Of a stretch of DNA of 64,000 bases, positions 50,929 through 63,763 are shown in pieces. A program made the position numbers and the translations under genes. The notes under the pieces were generated by a model. The model was given only the letters and a program-made list of their open reading frames with translations. It was not told the origin of the DNA and did not search any database. The stretch's first letter is position 1. Each line of letters begins with the position of its first letter. This DNA is from Pristiophorus japonicus (Eukaryota): assembly GCF_044704955.1 (NCBI RefSeq), contig NC_091987.1:80538001-80602000 (forward strand). Direction: 5' to 3'.

Positions 50929-53468
50929 TAGAAACATAGAAACATAGAAAATAGGTGCAGGAGCAGGCCATTCGGCCCTTCGAGCCTGCACCACCATTCA
51001 ATAAGATCATGGCTGATCATTCCCTCAGTACCCCTTTCCTGCTTTCTCTCCATACCCCTTGATCCCTTTAGCCTTAAGGGCCATATCTAACTCCCTCTTG
51101 AATATATTCAATGAACTGGCATCAACAACTCTCTGCAGCAGGGAATTCCACAGGTTAACAACTCTCTGAGTGAAGAAGTTTCTCCTCATCTCAGTCCTAA
51201 ATGGCCTACCCCTTACCCTAAGACTGTGTCTCCTGGTTCTGAAATTCCCCAACATCAGGAACATTCTTCCCGCATCTAACCTGTCCAGTCCCGTCAGAAT
51301 CTTATATGTTTCTATGAGATCCCCTCTCATCCTTCGAAACTCCAGTGTATAAAGGCCCAGTTGATCCAGTCTCTCCTCATATGTCAGTCCAGCCATCCTG
51401 GGAATCAGTCTGGTGAGCCTTCGTTGCACTCCCTCAATAGTAAGAACATCCTTCCTCAGATTAGGAGACCAAAACTGAACACAATATTCCAGGTGAGGCC
51501 TCACCAAGGCCCTGTACAACTGCAGTAAGACCTCCCTGCTCCTATACTCAAATTCCCTAGCTATGAAGGCCAACATGCCATGACACCCAGGTCTTGTTGC
51601 ACCTCCCCTTTTCCTAATCTGCTGCCATTCAGATAATATTCTGCCTTCGTGTTTTTTCCCCAATATGGATAACCTCACATTTATCCATATTATACAGCAT
51701 CTGCCATGCATTTGCCCACTCACCTAACCTGTCCAAGTCACCCTGCAGCCTTTTAGCCTCCTCCTCACAGCTCACACTGCCACCCAGTTTAGTGTCATCT
51801 GCAAACTTGGAGATATTGCACTCAATTCTTTCATCTAAATCATTAATGTATATTGTAAAGAGCTGGGATCCCAGCACTGAGCCCTACGGCACCCCACTAG
51901 TCACTGCCTGCCATTCGGAAAAGGACCCGTTTATCCCGACTCTCTGCTTCCTGTCTGCCAACCAGTTCTTTATCCACGTCAGGACATTGCCCCCCAATAC
52001 CATGTGCTTTGATTTTGCACACCAATCTTGTGTGGGATCTTGTCAAAAGCCTTTTGAATGTCCAAATACACTACATCCACTGGTTCTCCCTTGTCCACTC
52101 TACTAGTTACATCCTCAAAAACTTCCAGAAGATTTGTCAAGCATGATTTCCCTTTCATAAATCCATGCTGACTTGGACCGATCTTGTCACTGCTTTCCAA
52201 ATGCACTGCTATTTCATCTTCAATAATTGATTCCAACATTTTCCCCACTACTGATGTCAGGGTAACTGGTCTATAATTACCCATTTTCTCTCTCCCTCCT
52301 TTTTTAAAAAGTGGTGTTACATTAGCTACCCTCCAGTCCCGAGTTGACAGACTGTTGGAAAATGATCACCAATGCATCCACTATTTCTATGGCCACTTCC
52401 TTAAGTACTCTGGGATGCAGACTATCAGGCCCCGGGGATTTATCGGCCTTCAATCCCATCAATTTCCCTAACACAATTTCCCGCCTAATAAGGATGTCCT
52501 TCAGTTCCTCCTTCTCACTAGACTCTCGGTCCCCTAGTACTTCTGGAAGGTTATTTGTGTCTTCCTTCGTGAAGACAACCGCAAGTATTTGTTCAACTGG
52601 TCTGCCATTTCTTTGTTCCCCATTATAAATTCACCTGAATCTGACTGCAAGGGACCTACATTTGTCTTCACTAATCTTTTTCTCTTCACATATCTATAGA
52701 AGCTTTTGCAGTCAGTTTTTAATGTTCCCTACAAGCTTCCTCTCATACTCTATTTCCCCCCTCCTAATTAAGCCCTTTGTCCTCCTCTGCTGAATTCTAA
52801 ATTTCTCCCAGTCCTCAGGTTTACTGCTTTTCCTGGCCAATTTATATGCCTCTTCCTTGGATTTAACACTATCCTTAATTTCCCTTGTTAGCCATGGTTG
52901 AGCCACCTTCCCCGTTTTATTTTTACTCCAGACAGTGATGTACAATTGTTGAAGTTCATCCATGTGATCTTTAAATGTTTGCTATTGCCTATCCACCGTC
53001 AACCCTTTAAGTATCCTTTGCCAGTCTATTCTAGTCAATTCATGACTCATACCATTGAAGTTACCTTTCCTTAAGTTCAGGACCTAGTCTCTGAATTAAC
53101 TGTGTCACTCTCCATCTTAATAAAGAATTCTACCATATTATGGTCACTCTTCCCCAAGGGGCCTCGCACAACAAGATTGCTAATTCGTCCTTTCTCATTA
53201 CACATCACCCAGTCTAGGATGGCCTGCCCTCTAGTTGGTTCCTCGACATATTGGTCTAGAAAACCATCCCTAATACACTCCAGGAAATCCTCCTCCACTG
53301 TATTGCTACCAGTTTCGTTAGCCCAATCTATATGTAGATTAAAGTCCCCCATGATAACTGCTGTACCTTTATTGCATGCATCCCTAATTTCTTGTTTGAT
53401 GCTGTCCCCAATCTCACTACTACTGTTTGGTGGTCTGTACACAACTCCCACTAGCGTTTTCTGCCCTT
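50929..53468 (-). mobile_element. CR1, 5'-truncated ORF2
   Basis: EN and RT fragments and an (ACATAGAA)n tail at 50929. Confidence 0.95.
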
Positions 53469-54042
53469 GAACTGAGTTCAAAGAGATAGGGAGGGATAAC
53501 CCAAAGTTTGATCGAAGCAACCCTCCGGGGAGGGGGAGGTGGTAGGTTGGGCAGGTGGGGGGCGGGGGGTGGTGGTGTTAAAGGAAGACAGAGAGGTGGT
53601 GAGGTGGAGGGATTTAAGGAGGGAGAGTAAAAGTTACTCAATCTTCATTTCAATGTTTGCCAGTATATAATGAAAGAACATGGGACATCATTAAATATAA
53701 GAAAAAAAAAGCAAGTTTTGACTTCAATGAAGGCTAGACATTTGTCAGAAATATCTGCAAGTTCTATGCAGAATTCCAATAATTCAGAATATCTCTGAGT
53801 CATCACTATATTCAAGACGATTTACCTGTAAAAGTGTTTGGAAATTCCAGGTTACCAAGAACTTAACTGTCAAATCTGATAATGGTTCAGAGTTTAGTTT
53901 ACCTTACCAGTGAATTATTGTGCGCATATCACTAAGAAGGTGATATTTAAATATGACTAAGAATAACATGCTGGGGTGAGTTACATAACACAAGTGGTTA
54001 TTCATTTGGGAAGCATACTCTGGATTTGTTAGACAATCAAAT

Positions 54043-54876
54043 TAACTAAATAAAAAGTGATGGTGTGGTTTATTTGATTGTAGACTGGGAGTTATTTTGA
54101 TGAAATCAGATTTTGCGATTAGTATGCACAGTACTGCTATGTCATTGTATTCTACCTCAAAAATTACCTTCAACGTTTTTACACAATAGCCTGCAGTTTG
54201 GTGCCACCCCTCATATTTATCCTTCTTATCTTGGATGAAAAGTAATTAGGTGCATTCTTTCGGAAAATATTGAAATTTTGTGTACTTCACTATTGAAAGT
54301 ACCCAGCATGATGTGAGGACACTAAAATTGTCCACAATCTGTAACCTCCTCCAGCCCTGCATTCCTGCTGGCATCCACCAAACTCTATTCTATTATGTGT
54401 TCTAATATTGTTTGGCTTAGTCATCACCCATATTGCTCCCACACTCTGAAATTCTGCTCTAAACCCCTCCACTTTGCTTCAGTCCTACCAGTCTTCAAAA
54501 GCCTCCTTACAATCGGCAGGAATTTCCTCTGGGGTTCACCTGATCGGCTTGCTGAAAGATTGGTGGAAATCCCGGATACACTGTGTAATCAGGGTTTCTG
54601 CTGATCTCCTGCCTAAGTTATGGCACCTAATCAGGAAGCATGCTCAGGATTTGTTAAACAATCACCTTAACTAAATAGAAAGTGAAGGTGCAATCTATTT
54701 GATTTTAGGTAAGGAGTTATTTTGCTGAAATCAGGCTTTGCAATTAATATGCACAGTACTGCTACGTTATCGTACTCGACCTCAAACATGACCTTCAACC
54801 TTTCTACTTGTGGTTTGGTGCTACTCCTCATATTTATCCTTCTTCCTATCTTGGATGCAAATTAATTAAATGCATC
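54043..54876. repeat. Diverged ~210-bp direct duplication (about 54043-54255 and 54668-54876)
   Basis: Shared colinear blocks AACTAAATA.AAAGTGA.GGTG, TGAAATCAG, TATGCACAGTACTGCTA, ACCTTCAAC, CCTCATATTTATCCTTCTT and TATCTTGGATG. Confidence 0.85.
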
Positions 54877-54999
54877 AGGAGAACCCATGAGAACTCTGAT
54901 AAACGCTTACAATAAAATGATTTCACATTCTAATAGTTTCCAAATCACAACTCAATTCACAGGAAATTAATTTTGAATGGAAAATAACATATTTCTGAC

Positions 55000-55326
55000 C
55001 AGCCACTTGTAGCAAGATGTTCCTTTCTTGTTTTCCTTCGGACGTACTGATGTAACATTGGTACTCTCCTTCATCAATCTTGTTAATTCCTGTAAGGTGG
55101 AGGGATGCATTTCCTTTCATTATCTCACTGATAAAAAGCTTTGTTCTTCCTTTGTAGTTTGGATCTTGGTTGGATAGCTGATCTGTCATTCGATAAAAGC
55201 TGTGAACAACAATGGTCTTCTTGGACAGTTTGCGCATCCAGTGAAGCACTATTTCAGACAACTGAGTTGGTCGAAATGTACATGGCAAAACCACATCCTT
55301 GGAAATGACAGCTGTGATGCTCCCAT
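55000..55326 (-). CDS. HHLA2: HHLA2-like coding exon 2: IgV domain 1 (DGSITAVISKDVVLPCTF...VLHW...VVHSFY...YKGRTKLF...GNASLHL...DEGEYQCYI...LLQVA)
   Basis: Lies within ORF 54923..55402. B7/butyrophilin-type V-set motifs (C, W, VHSFY, RTxLF, GNASL, DEGxYxC). Acceptor ttgcttttag, donor G|GTCAGA. 327 nt, phase 1-1. Confidence 0.92.
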
Positions 55327-55743
55327 CTAAAAGCAACAGACTGAAATTAGTTTTTTCTGGTGAAAAGTCTTTAACATTTGTGATCCAATTCCCAAGTTTC
55401 AAAAACCGACCAATGCCTCTTCACCATGAACTGAAGAGTCACCAGCAATAATTTCACACAGAGTGGACCATTATTTTGGGGGTAATGGAACACACTGGCA
55501 TAATAGGGGGCTGTGATTCTAAATGTAGAATTGAATGGATACAGAGAGAGCTGTGAGCTAAGTATGATTCAAAATTATTTGTTGGTGATTGAAAAGTGCA
55601 AAAATATTGCTCTGTGCCAACACCATTTTCACTTATTTTGAATGGTATTTCTGGTCATCTTAATTATCATAGAATCATAAAAATGATAGCACCAAAGGAG
55701 AACACAGCCTATCGTCCCTCTTCAACTAGAACTATCTACTCTG

Positions 55744-56370
55744 GGGGCTGATTTTAATTTGGCCAAGTTGGCGTGAACGAGATACTATCTGCCTAAGAAT
55801 GTGGTTGGTAGACTTACTGTCCCAATACTGCCGACACTGCAGCTGCCGTTATTTTTAAAGGGGCCTACGCTGGGTAGCCAAAGTGCCCACCTAGTTCAGG
55901 CAATAGGCTCTTTCAATATCCAAATCACAGTTAGATGACGTACATTGTATCTCGACTGCCATTTTGGGAATCAACTGGGCAGAGCCAACCCCGTGCATGC
56001 TTCACTTAATTTTGGAGGAACAGCTGAACAGACCCCAAAATATTAAGTTTAAAATTACAGGTATTCTTGTGGTGCCAGAAGGAGAAGAAGTGCTTCTTTG
56101 GGCCCCACAAAAATAATCTTGGCTGCTGCCATCGCAAACTTCCCCTCCCTGAAAGTGCCAAACCTACTCTCAGGACTTATCTTGCTGCCGGTCAGGCAAC
56201 TCCCATCCGTACAATATGGCACTGGCCTGAATCCAGAAAGCTGCATTGAAATGCCCATTAGTTCTATTTCAATGAGGCCCTAGCCAAGAAGTGGCACTGG
56301 CCATTTTGCTATTGGCACAGGCAGGTGGCTGGCATGCTCCGTCGGTTGCCTGAAAGTTAAAATCTACTCC
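55744..56370. mobile_element. Harbinger-type MITE
   Basis: TIR-like GGGGCTGATTTTAATTT / AAAGTTAAAATCTACTCC. Confidence 0.55.
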
Positions 56371-56812
56371 TCTAATTCTATTAAGCCACCCTTTCCTATA
56401 CCTGTTATATCCTTTATGATAAAAGCACTTATCTAATTCACTTTTAAAGGATGTGATAGTTGTTTTTCTAGCAAACCACCAACTGTACCAATAAATTAGA
56501 GGCAATAGACCAAGGATTTTGGAATATGCACTGCCAATGGGCAAGATTTCTCACCATGCTCAATAGTCAATTGTGGTAAAGCACTATTAATAATTGTTCC
56601 AATAATCCTTTGTGTGCAAATAATTCTTCGAATTTCCCCTTTATTTTAGTGAGTTTAAACCCCCTTTTGCCAAAATGCCAATTTTTAGCTATTTACCTTT
56701 TGACGACCATCCATAATTTTGAAAACCTCGATTTGATCCCAATTTAAACTTCAATGTTCTTATAGTTAAAGCCAACATGCAAATATAAAACATCAATAAA
56801 ATGGGATGTCAC

Positions 56813-56870
56813 CTGTATTTAGTAGTTGAACAATTCCGAAAATACTAAAGCAGACTATTCGTAGTAACAT
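56813..56870 (-). CDS. HHLA2: HHLA2/B7-H7-like gene, coding exon 1: signal peptide MLLRIVCFSIFGIVQLLNT + phase-1 G
   Basis: ATG at 56870 (acaaagATG, A at -3) with in-frame upstream stops. 19 mostly hydrophobic codons, then G|GTGACA donor. Phase 1 matches the next exon. Candidate acceptor ttttattgtag would start the exon at 56999. Confidence 0.8.
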
Positions 56871-57154
56871 CTTTGTGCCTCATTCAGTTCACAATAGGTT
56901 GCATCCGAAAGTATCTTCACAAGTAAAGATATATGCAGAGAGAATCTTCATCTTGTTTCTCAGTCGAACAGTCCAGATTATTTCTTAAGAATCATCTTTC
57001 TACAATAAAAAAAAATCCCACATCTAAAAATCCCATAGTCATAGATTATAGAAATAAAAAACGAATATGCTAACAACACTCAGCAGGTCAGGCAGCATCT
57101 TTGTCATAAATCTTAGCAGCTAATGTTCTAAATAAGTTTCATAATACAAAGGTA

Positions 57155-59620
57155 CAAACTGGAAGCAATACGGTGGAGGAGGATTTTCTGGAGTGCATAA
57201 GGGATGGTTTTTTAGACCAATATGTCGAGGAACCAACTAGGGGGGAGGCCATCTTAGACTGGGTGTTATGTAATGAGAGAGGATTAATTAGCAATCTCGT
57301 TGTGCGAGGCCCCTTGGGGAAGAGTGACCATAATATGGTGGAATTCTGCATTGGGATGGAGAATGAAACCGTTAATTCAGAGACCATGGTCCAGAACTAA
57401 AAGAAGGCTAACTTTGAAGGTATGAGGCGTGAATTGGCTGGGATGGATTGGCGAATGATACTTAAGGGGTTGACTGTGGATGGGCAATGGCAGACATTTA
57501 GAGACCGCATGGATGAACTAAAACAATTGTACATTCCTGTCTGGCATAGAAATAAAAAAGGGAAGGTGGCTCAACCGTGGCTATCAAGGGAAATCAGGGA
57601 TAGTATTAAAGCCAAGGAAGTGGCATACAAATTGGCCAGAAATAGCAGCGAACCTGGGGACTGGGAGAAATTTAGAACTCAGCAGAGGAGGACAAAGGGT
57701 TTGATTAGGGCAGGGAAAATGGAGTATGAGAAGAAGCTTGCAGGGAACATTAAAACGGATTGCAAAAGTTTCTATAGATATGTAAAGAGAAAAAGGTTAG
57801 TAAAGACAAACGTAGGTCCCCTGCAGTCAGAATCAAGGGAAGTCATAACGGGGAACAAAGAAATGGCGGACCAATTGAACAAGTACTTTGGTTCGGTATT
57901 CACGAAGGAGGACACGAACAACCTTCCGGTTATAAAAGGGGTCGGGGGGTCTAGTAAGGAGGAGGAACTGAGGGAAATCCTTATTAGCCGGGAAATTGTG
58001 TTGGGGAAATTGATGGGATTGAAGGCCGATAAATCCCCAGGGCCTGATGGACTGCATCCCAGAGTACTTAAGGAGGTGGCCTTGGAAATAGTGGATGCGT
58101 TGACAGTCATTTTCCAACATTCCATTGACTCTGGATCAGTTCCTATGGAGTGGAGGGTAGCCAATGTAACCCCACTTTTTAAAAAAGGAGGGAGAGAGAA
58201 AACAGGGAATTATTGACCGGTCAGCCTGACATCGGTAGTGGGTAAAATGATGGAATCAATTATTAAGGATGTCATAGCAGTGCATTTGGAAAGAGGTGAC
58301 ATGATAGGTCCAAGTCAGCATGGATTTGTGAAAGGGAAATCATGCTTGACAAATCTTCTGGAATTTTTTGAGGATGTTTCCAGTAGAGTGGATAAGGGAG
58401 AACCAGTTGATGTGGTATATTTGGACTTTCAGAAGGCGTTCGACAAGGTCCCACACAAGAGATTGATGTGCAAAGTTAGAGCACATGGGATTGGGGGTAG
58501 TGTACTGACATGGATTGAGAACTGGTTGTCAGACAGGAAGCAAAGAGTAGGAGTAAATGGGTACTTTTCAGAATGGCAGGCAGTGACTAGTGGGGTACCG
58601 CAAGGTTCTGTGCTGGGGCCCCAGCTGTTTACACTGTACATTAATGATTTAGATGAGGGGATTAAATGTAGTATCTCCAAATTTGCGGATGACACTAAGT
58701 TGGGTGGCAGTGTGAGCTGCGAGGAGGATGCTGTGAGGCTGCAGAGCGACTTGGATAGGTTAGGTGAGTGGGCAAATGCATGGCAGATGAAGTATAATGT
58801 GGATAAATGTGAGGTTATCCACTTTGGTGGTAAAAACAGAGAGACAGACTATTATCTGAATGGTGACAGATTAGGAAAAGGGGAGGTGCAAAGAGACCTG
58901 GGTGTCATGGTACATCAGTCATTGAAGGTTGGCATGCAGGTGCAGCAGGCGGTTAAGAAAGCAAATGGCATGTTGGCCTTCATAGCAAGGGGATTTGAGT
59001 ACAGGGGCAGGGAGGTGTTGCTACAGTTGTACAGGGCATTGGTGAGGCCACACCTGGAGTATTGTGTACAGTTTTGGTCTCCTAACCTGAGGAAGGACAT
59101 TCTTGCTATTGAGGGAGTGCAGCGAAGGTTCACCAGACTGATTCCCGGGATGGCGGGACTGACCTATCAAGAAAGACTGGATCAACTGGGCTTGTATTCA
59201 CTGGAGTTCAGAAGAATGAGAGGGGACCTCATAGAAACATTTAAAATTCTGACTGGGTTAGACAGGTTAGATGCAGGAAGAATGTTCCCAATGTTGGGGA
59301 AGTCCAGAACCAGAGGTCACAGTCTAAGGATAAGGGGTAAGCCATTTAGGACCGAGATGCGGAGGAACTTCTTCACCCAGAGAGTGGTGAACCTGTGGAA
59401 TTCTCTACCACAGAAAGTTGTTGAGGCCAATTCACTAAAAATATTCAAAAAGGAGTTAGATGAGGTCCTTACTACTAGGGGGATCAAGGGGTATGGCGAG
59501 AAAGCAGGAATGGGGTACTGAAGTTGAATGTTCAGCCATGAACTCATTGAATGGCGGTGCAGGCTAGAAGGGCCGAATGGCCTACTCCTGCACCTATTTT
59601 CTATGTTTCTATGTTTCTAT
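57155..59620 (+). mobile_element. Young CR1, 5'-truncated ORF2
   Basis: ORFs 57173..57400, 57422..58216 and 58238..59521 are in one frame with two stops. (TTCTATGT)n tail. Confidence 0.96.
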
Positions 59621-61786
59621 GACATATCTAAGGAGATTAAGCTAGCATGTGATGCCTCTCCGTATGGAGTTGGGGCAGTGATCTCTCATGTATTACATAA
59701 TGGAGAGGAGAGACTAATTGCTTTTGCTTCACGCACTCTCAGTGCCAGTGAGCGTAATTATGCGCAAATCGAAAGGAAAGCGTTAGCATTAGTGTTGGGG
59801 GTCAAGAAGTTCCACAAATACTTGTATGGTTGTAAGTTTACCATCGTTACGGACCATAAGCCCCTGACAGCAATCCTCCATCCAAAGTCCCCAGTTCCAA
59901 CATTAGCTGCAGCCCGAATGCAGAATGGGCTTTGATTTTGTCAGCATATACATATGATATTGAATACAGATGATCAGCTTATTACAGTAATGCTGATGCT
60001 ATGTCTAGATTGCCTTTCCCATCACAAGTTACACCCGATAGGGAAGAAGTGTTCTCTTTTTCATACATTGATGAACTGCCAGTCACAGCTGAAGAGATTG
60101 GTAGAGCAACCAAATGTGACCCAGTGATGTCAAAAGTGTATGATTATATTGCAAATAGATGGCCAAACCAGGTAACAGACACAGATATTCATCCATTTTT
60201 CATTCATAGGAATGAATTATCAGTCGATAAAGATTGTATCATGTGGAGTGCAAGAGTGGTTATACCAAATAAATTCAGGTCCAAATTATTAGGAGACCTC
60301 CATGACCAGCACCTGGGAATGTGCTTGACCAAGAGTTTTGCATGCAGTTACTTATGATGGCCAGGCCTTGATAAAGATATAGAGTACATTGTAAGTCAGT
60401 GTACGACATGTCAATCGGTAAGCAAGCAACCACCATCAGTACCATTACAGTCATGGAAATGGCCTTCCAGGGTGTGGCAAAGGCTACATATTGATTTTGC
60501 TGAGTTAGAAGGACAACATTTGTTCATTGTGATTGATAGCCATTCGAAGTGGGTCGAGGTGTTGCCAATGTGGAAAATAACAACAATTAAAATAGACATT
60601 TTGCGAAGTTTATTTTCTTCATTTGGCTTCCCAGACAAAATTCTTTCTGATAATGGACCACAATTTCGTTCAGAAGAATTTGCACAGTTCATGAGCAAAA
60701 ATAGGGTGAAACATACCAAGGTTCCACCATACCACCCTGCTTCAAATGGTGCAGCAGAGCGCACTGTACAAATTGTAAAACGCGTCCTCATCAAACAAAT
60801 GTTGATCCAAATCCAAAGAAACGACAGTTGTCATTGGATCACAAATTGGCTAATTTTCTAATTACGTATCATAATACTTCTCATACAACTACTGGTAGAA
60901 CACCAGCAGAGTTGTTTCTCAAACGACAGCCACGAACCAGATTCTCGTTGTTGAAACCAAATTGGGCACAGTCCATAGAAGAGACACAATTAAGACAGAA
61001 AGAGAATCATGATAGAGGTAGAGTAAAAGAGAGAAGTGTGAAATTAAATCAGAAGGTGAGAGTGAAGAACCATCACCATAAATAGTTAAAGTGGTTACTA
61101 GGAAGTGTGATGAAGATATGTGGTCCTCGCACATATTTGGTCAAGATGTTTGATAATTGACAGGTTAGGTTTGTTCACATTGATCCTATTTTACCTACAG
61201 ACATGGAAGGAGTTGAAGGTGGGAATGATTCAATTATTTCTGACTCATCAGATAGTTTTGATACACCAGTAGCATATCCTACATCTAATGTACTGGAAAC
61301 AAATCCAAGAGAAAATCAGAATTTAAGTCTGAGTCCGAGTCAGGAAAACAAACAGTCTGAAGTTAGTGAGTTCAGATGGAAATCAAGGGCATCCCTTGGA
61401 GGAAAACTTTCCTCAGGATCAGCCTCGAATGAGTTTAAATTTGACACCATGTTTGGAAGGTTCTGTTCGAGAGCGAAGGTATCCTCTTCGAAACAGAAAA
61501 CTAGTGGTTAAACTTAATTTGTGAATATGGCAAAATAAATCCATATCCTTTATGTATAACCATGCAAGTTATGTATGATGATTGTTGTTATAATAACTTC
61601 TTCATTAGGGAGGGAGAAGTGTGATGTCTGTAGCTCCACACTGTGGACGTATTGTGTTACTGCAACTAGAGTGTTTAATAAACAGACAGGTCACCTGACA
61701 AGAAGCAGGAAGCTTCCACAGGCTTCTGGAGGATCTGCCATTTTAAAAGACTTGTGTGAAGTGTGCTCTCTTGGAAATACTACACA
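59621..61786 (+). mobile_element. Gypsy 3' part: RNase H, integrase, PPT and 3' LTR (61620-61786)
   Basis: [20 protein letters not shown] (HHCC), RLHIDFA, LSDNGPQF and PYHPASNGAAER motifs. PPT AGGGAGGGAGAAG, then TGTG...CACA. Confidence 0.93.
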
Positions 61787-62235
61787 AGGGTATACATATC
61801 AGGAAAGGATGAACAGGCTCAGTCCCTTTTCTCCTGAAAAAAGGCTGAGGGGTGACCTAATAAAAGTCTTTAAAATTATAAAAGGTTTTGATAGATTGGA
61901 TACAGAGAGAATCTTTCCACTTGTGGGGAAGAGCATAACCAGAGGCCATCAATATAAGATAGTCACCAAGAAATCTAATAGGGAATTCGGAAGAAACTTC
62001 TTTACCCAAAGAGTGGTGAGAATGTGGAACTCGCTACCACAGTGAGTGGTTGAAGCAACTAGTATATGCATTTAAGAGGAGGCTAGACAAGCATATGAGG
62101 GAGAAGGGAATAGAGGGTTTTGCTGATAGATTTAGATGAGGAAAGACTGGGAGGAGGCTTGAAGTGGAGCATAAACACCGGCATGGACTGGTTGGGCTGA
62201 ATGGCCTGTTTCTGTGCCGTATAGCCTATGTAATC
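61787..62235 (+). mobile_element. Old CR1 3' fragment (target of the Gypsy insertion)
   Basis: GYTYQERMNRL..RLRGDLIKVFKI..NFFTQRVV starts immediately after the LTR. Confidence 0.88.
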
Positions 62236-63079
62236 CTCTTTCATGTGGCTCGGAGTCAGATTTTTTTAGATAATGCTACTGTGAAGCTCTTTAGGACGTT
62301 TTGCTATGTTAAAGATGCTGTATAAATGCAAGTCGTGACATACTGAGGGCAATTTTCACATTCACCACTTGGGTGCTAAATTGGCCAAGTGGATCATTCG
62401 TCTGTTATGATTTACATTTCTATCGATATCAGCGCAATAGAAATACAATCAGAGTTGTTCGATTTGAATGCACAAATATGATCAAACCTGATCATAAGAT
62501 ACCCCCTCAAAAGTGAGTTTAAAAAGAATGAAAGTTTGTGTTTGCCCCCATTTTCTTCTGTGCCTTATGATGTGGAGGCATTTGTTATTAAGATTCAGTA
62601 TAGCAAACATCAGAACTGAACTCTGCCCCTCTCGATCTAGTCTCTTAGTAAAATGTGACAACCCTTGGTAAAAGAATGTGAGAGTAGTTGTCAGATCAAA
62701 TAGCTTATAAAATCACAGTTTGTGCAAAAGCAGAGTTTTGCAACATGTGTGCTACGACACTTCAGATTGTAAAATACAAAGCACTGCAGATCAGCTGATT
62801 ACCATTTTGCTCTCTAGTAACACATGCTCCCGAAAAAGGCAAAACAAGCAAACAAAGCCAGAATACCTACAGGATATTTTAGTGACAGCGACGTTTGGCT
62901 GAGATGCCTATACAAGAGGTCAATGGAATATACATTTTGAATTCTCACCATACCGTATTATTATCAGTTGACACTGCTGCAAGTATCAAAGGCTGTGTGG
63001 ACACAAAGGTTGTACAAACTCCAGTGGGTTAGGCATTAACTGAATCACAGCAAAACTGAAGTTTGAAATTACTTTAAGT

Positions 63080-63763
63080 GGGAGAAGTTCAGGTCGTTTG
63101 TGCCTCCCTTTAATGCCCCCCAGCGCAAATGATTTTTCGCCCGGGTGCAGTGCTGCTAACGACTCCCACTAAACTAAGCGAGAGTTTAGTGATGGCGGTA
63201 ACCAGTAGTGCCCTGCTCCGCTGCGCCGGCAATGACAATGTCATCACCGTGTGCAGCGACCCGTTTTTGCCCTGGAATGAAAATTGGATATTGCCCCCTG
63301 AAGCTGCGCGGGCGATGCCAGAGACAGCTTCAGGGGTGCATACCAGGCTGTAGGCTGCTCGTGGGGTGTTAACTTAAAGGGAAGTGTTGGCCAATTGCAT
63401 GAAAAATCCTCCGATTTTTTTCCCGTTGACACTTCAAACATGGGGCCCATGCCGCAATTGTGCAGCCCAGCACTCCGCTGATGCCACGGCACCCCGCTCC
63501 CCGGTGGTCCAGCCAGAAACCCGCAGAGTCGGCAGCTTGGCCCTCCCCTTTAATGAAGGGGAGGGCCCCCGCGTAGCGCTGCGCTCCTCTCCTTTCCCTT
63601 CGCCCCGTTCGCGTCCCATGGAGTGCGTTATTTTGTGCTCCACTGGCTCTCGGGGGCAGTCACCCCAATATCGCAAGTGGGGCGGGACTTCTGTGCTTGG
63701 TGCATGAACTCCCCCCTCGGTGCTGTTACCACCCCCAAACAGGGCACTACATAATTTCTCCCT
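63080..63763. mobile_element. Probable Harbinger-type MITE
   Basis: GC/CpG-rich block bounded by GGGAGAAGTT / AATTTCTCCC, with internal motifs like the MITE at 19127. Confidence 0.5.

Noticed and set aside
62949-63050. Candidate upstream non-coding exon of the HHLA2-like gene (donor TG|GTGAGA)
   Set aside because: Only splice-like motifs support it. It cannot be called without transcript data.
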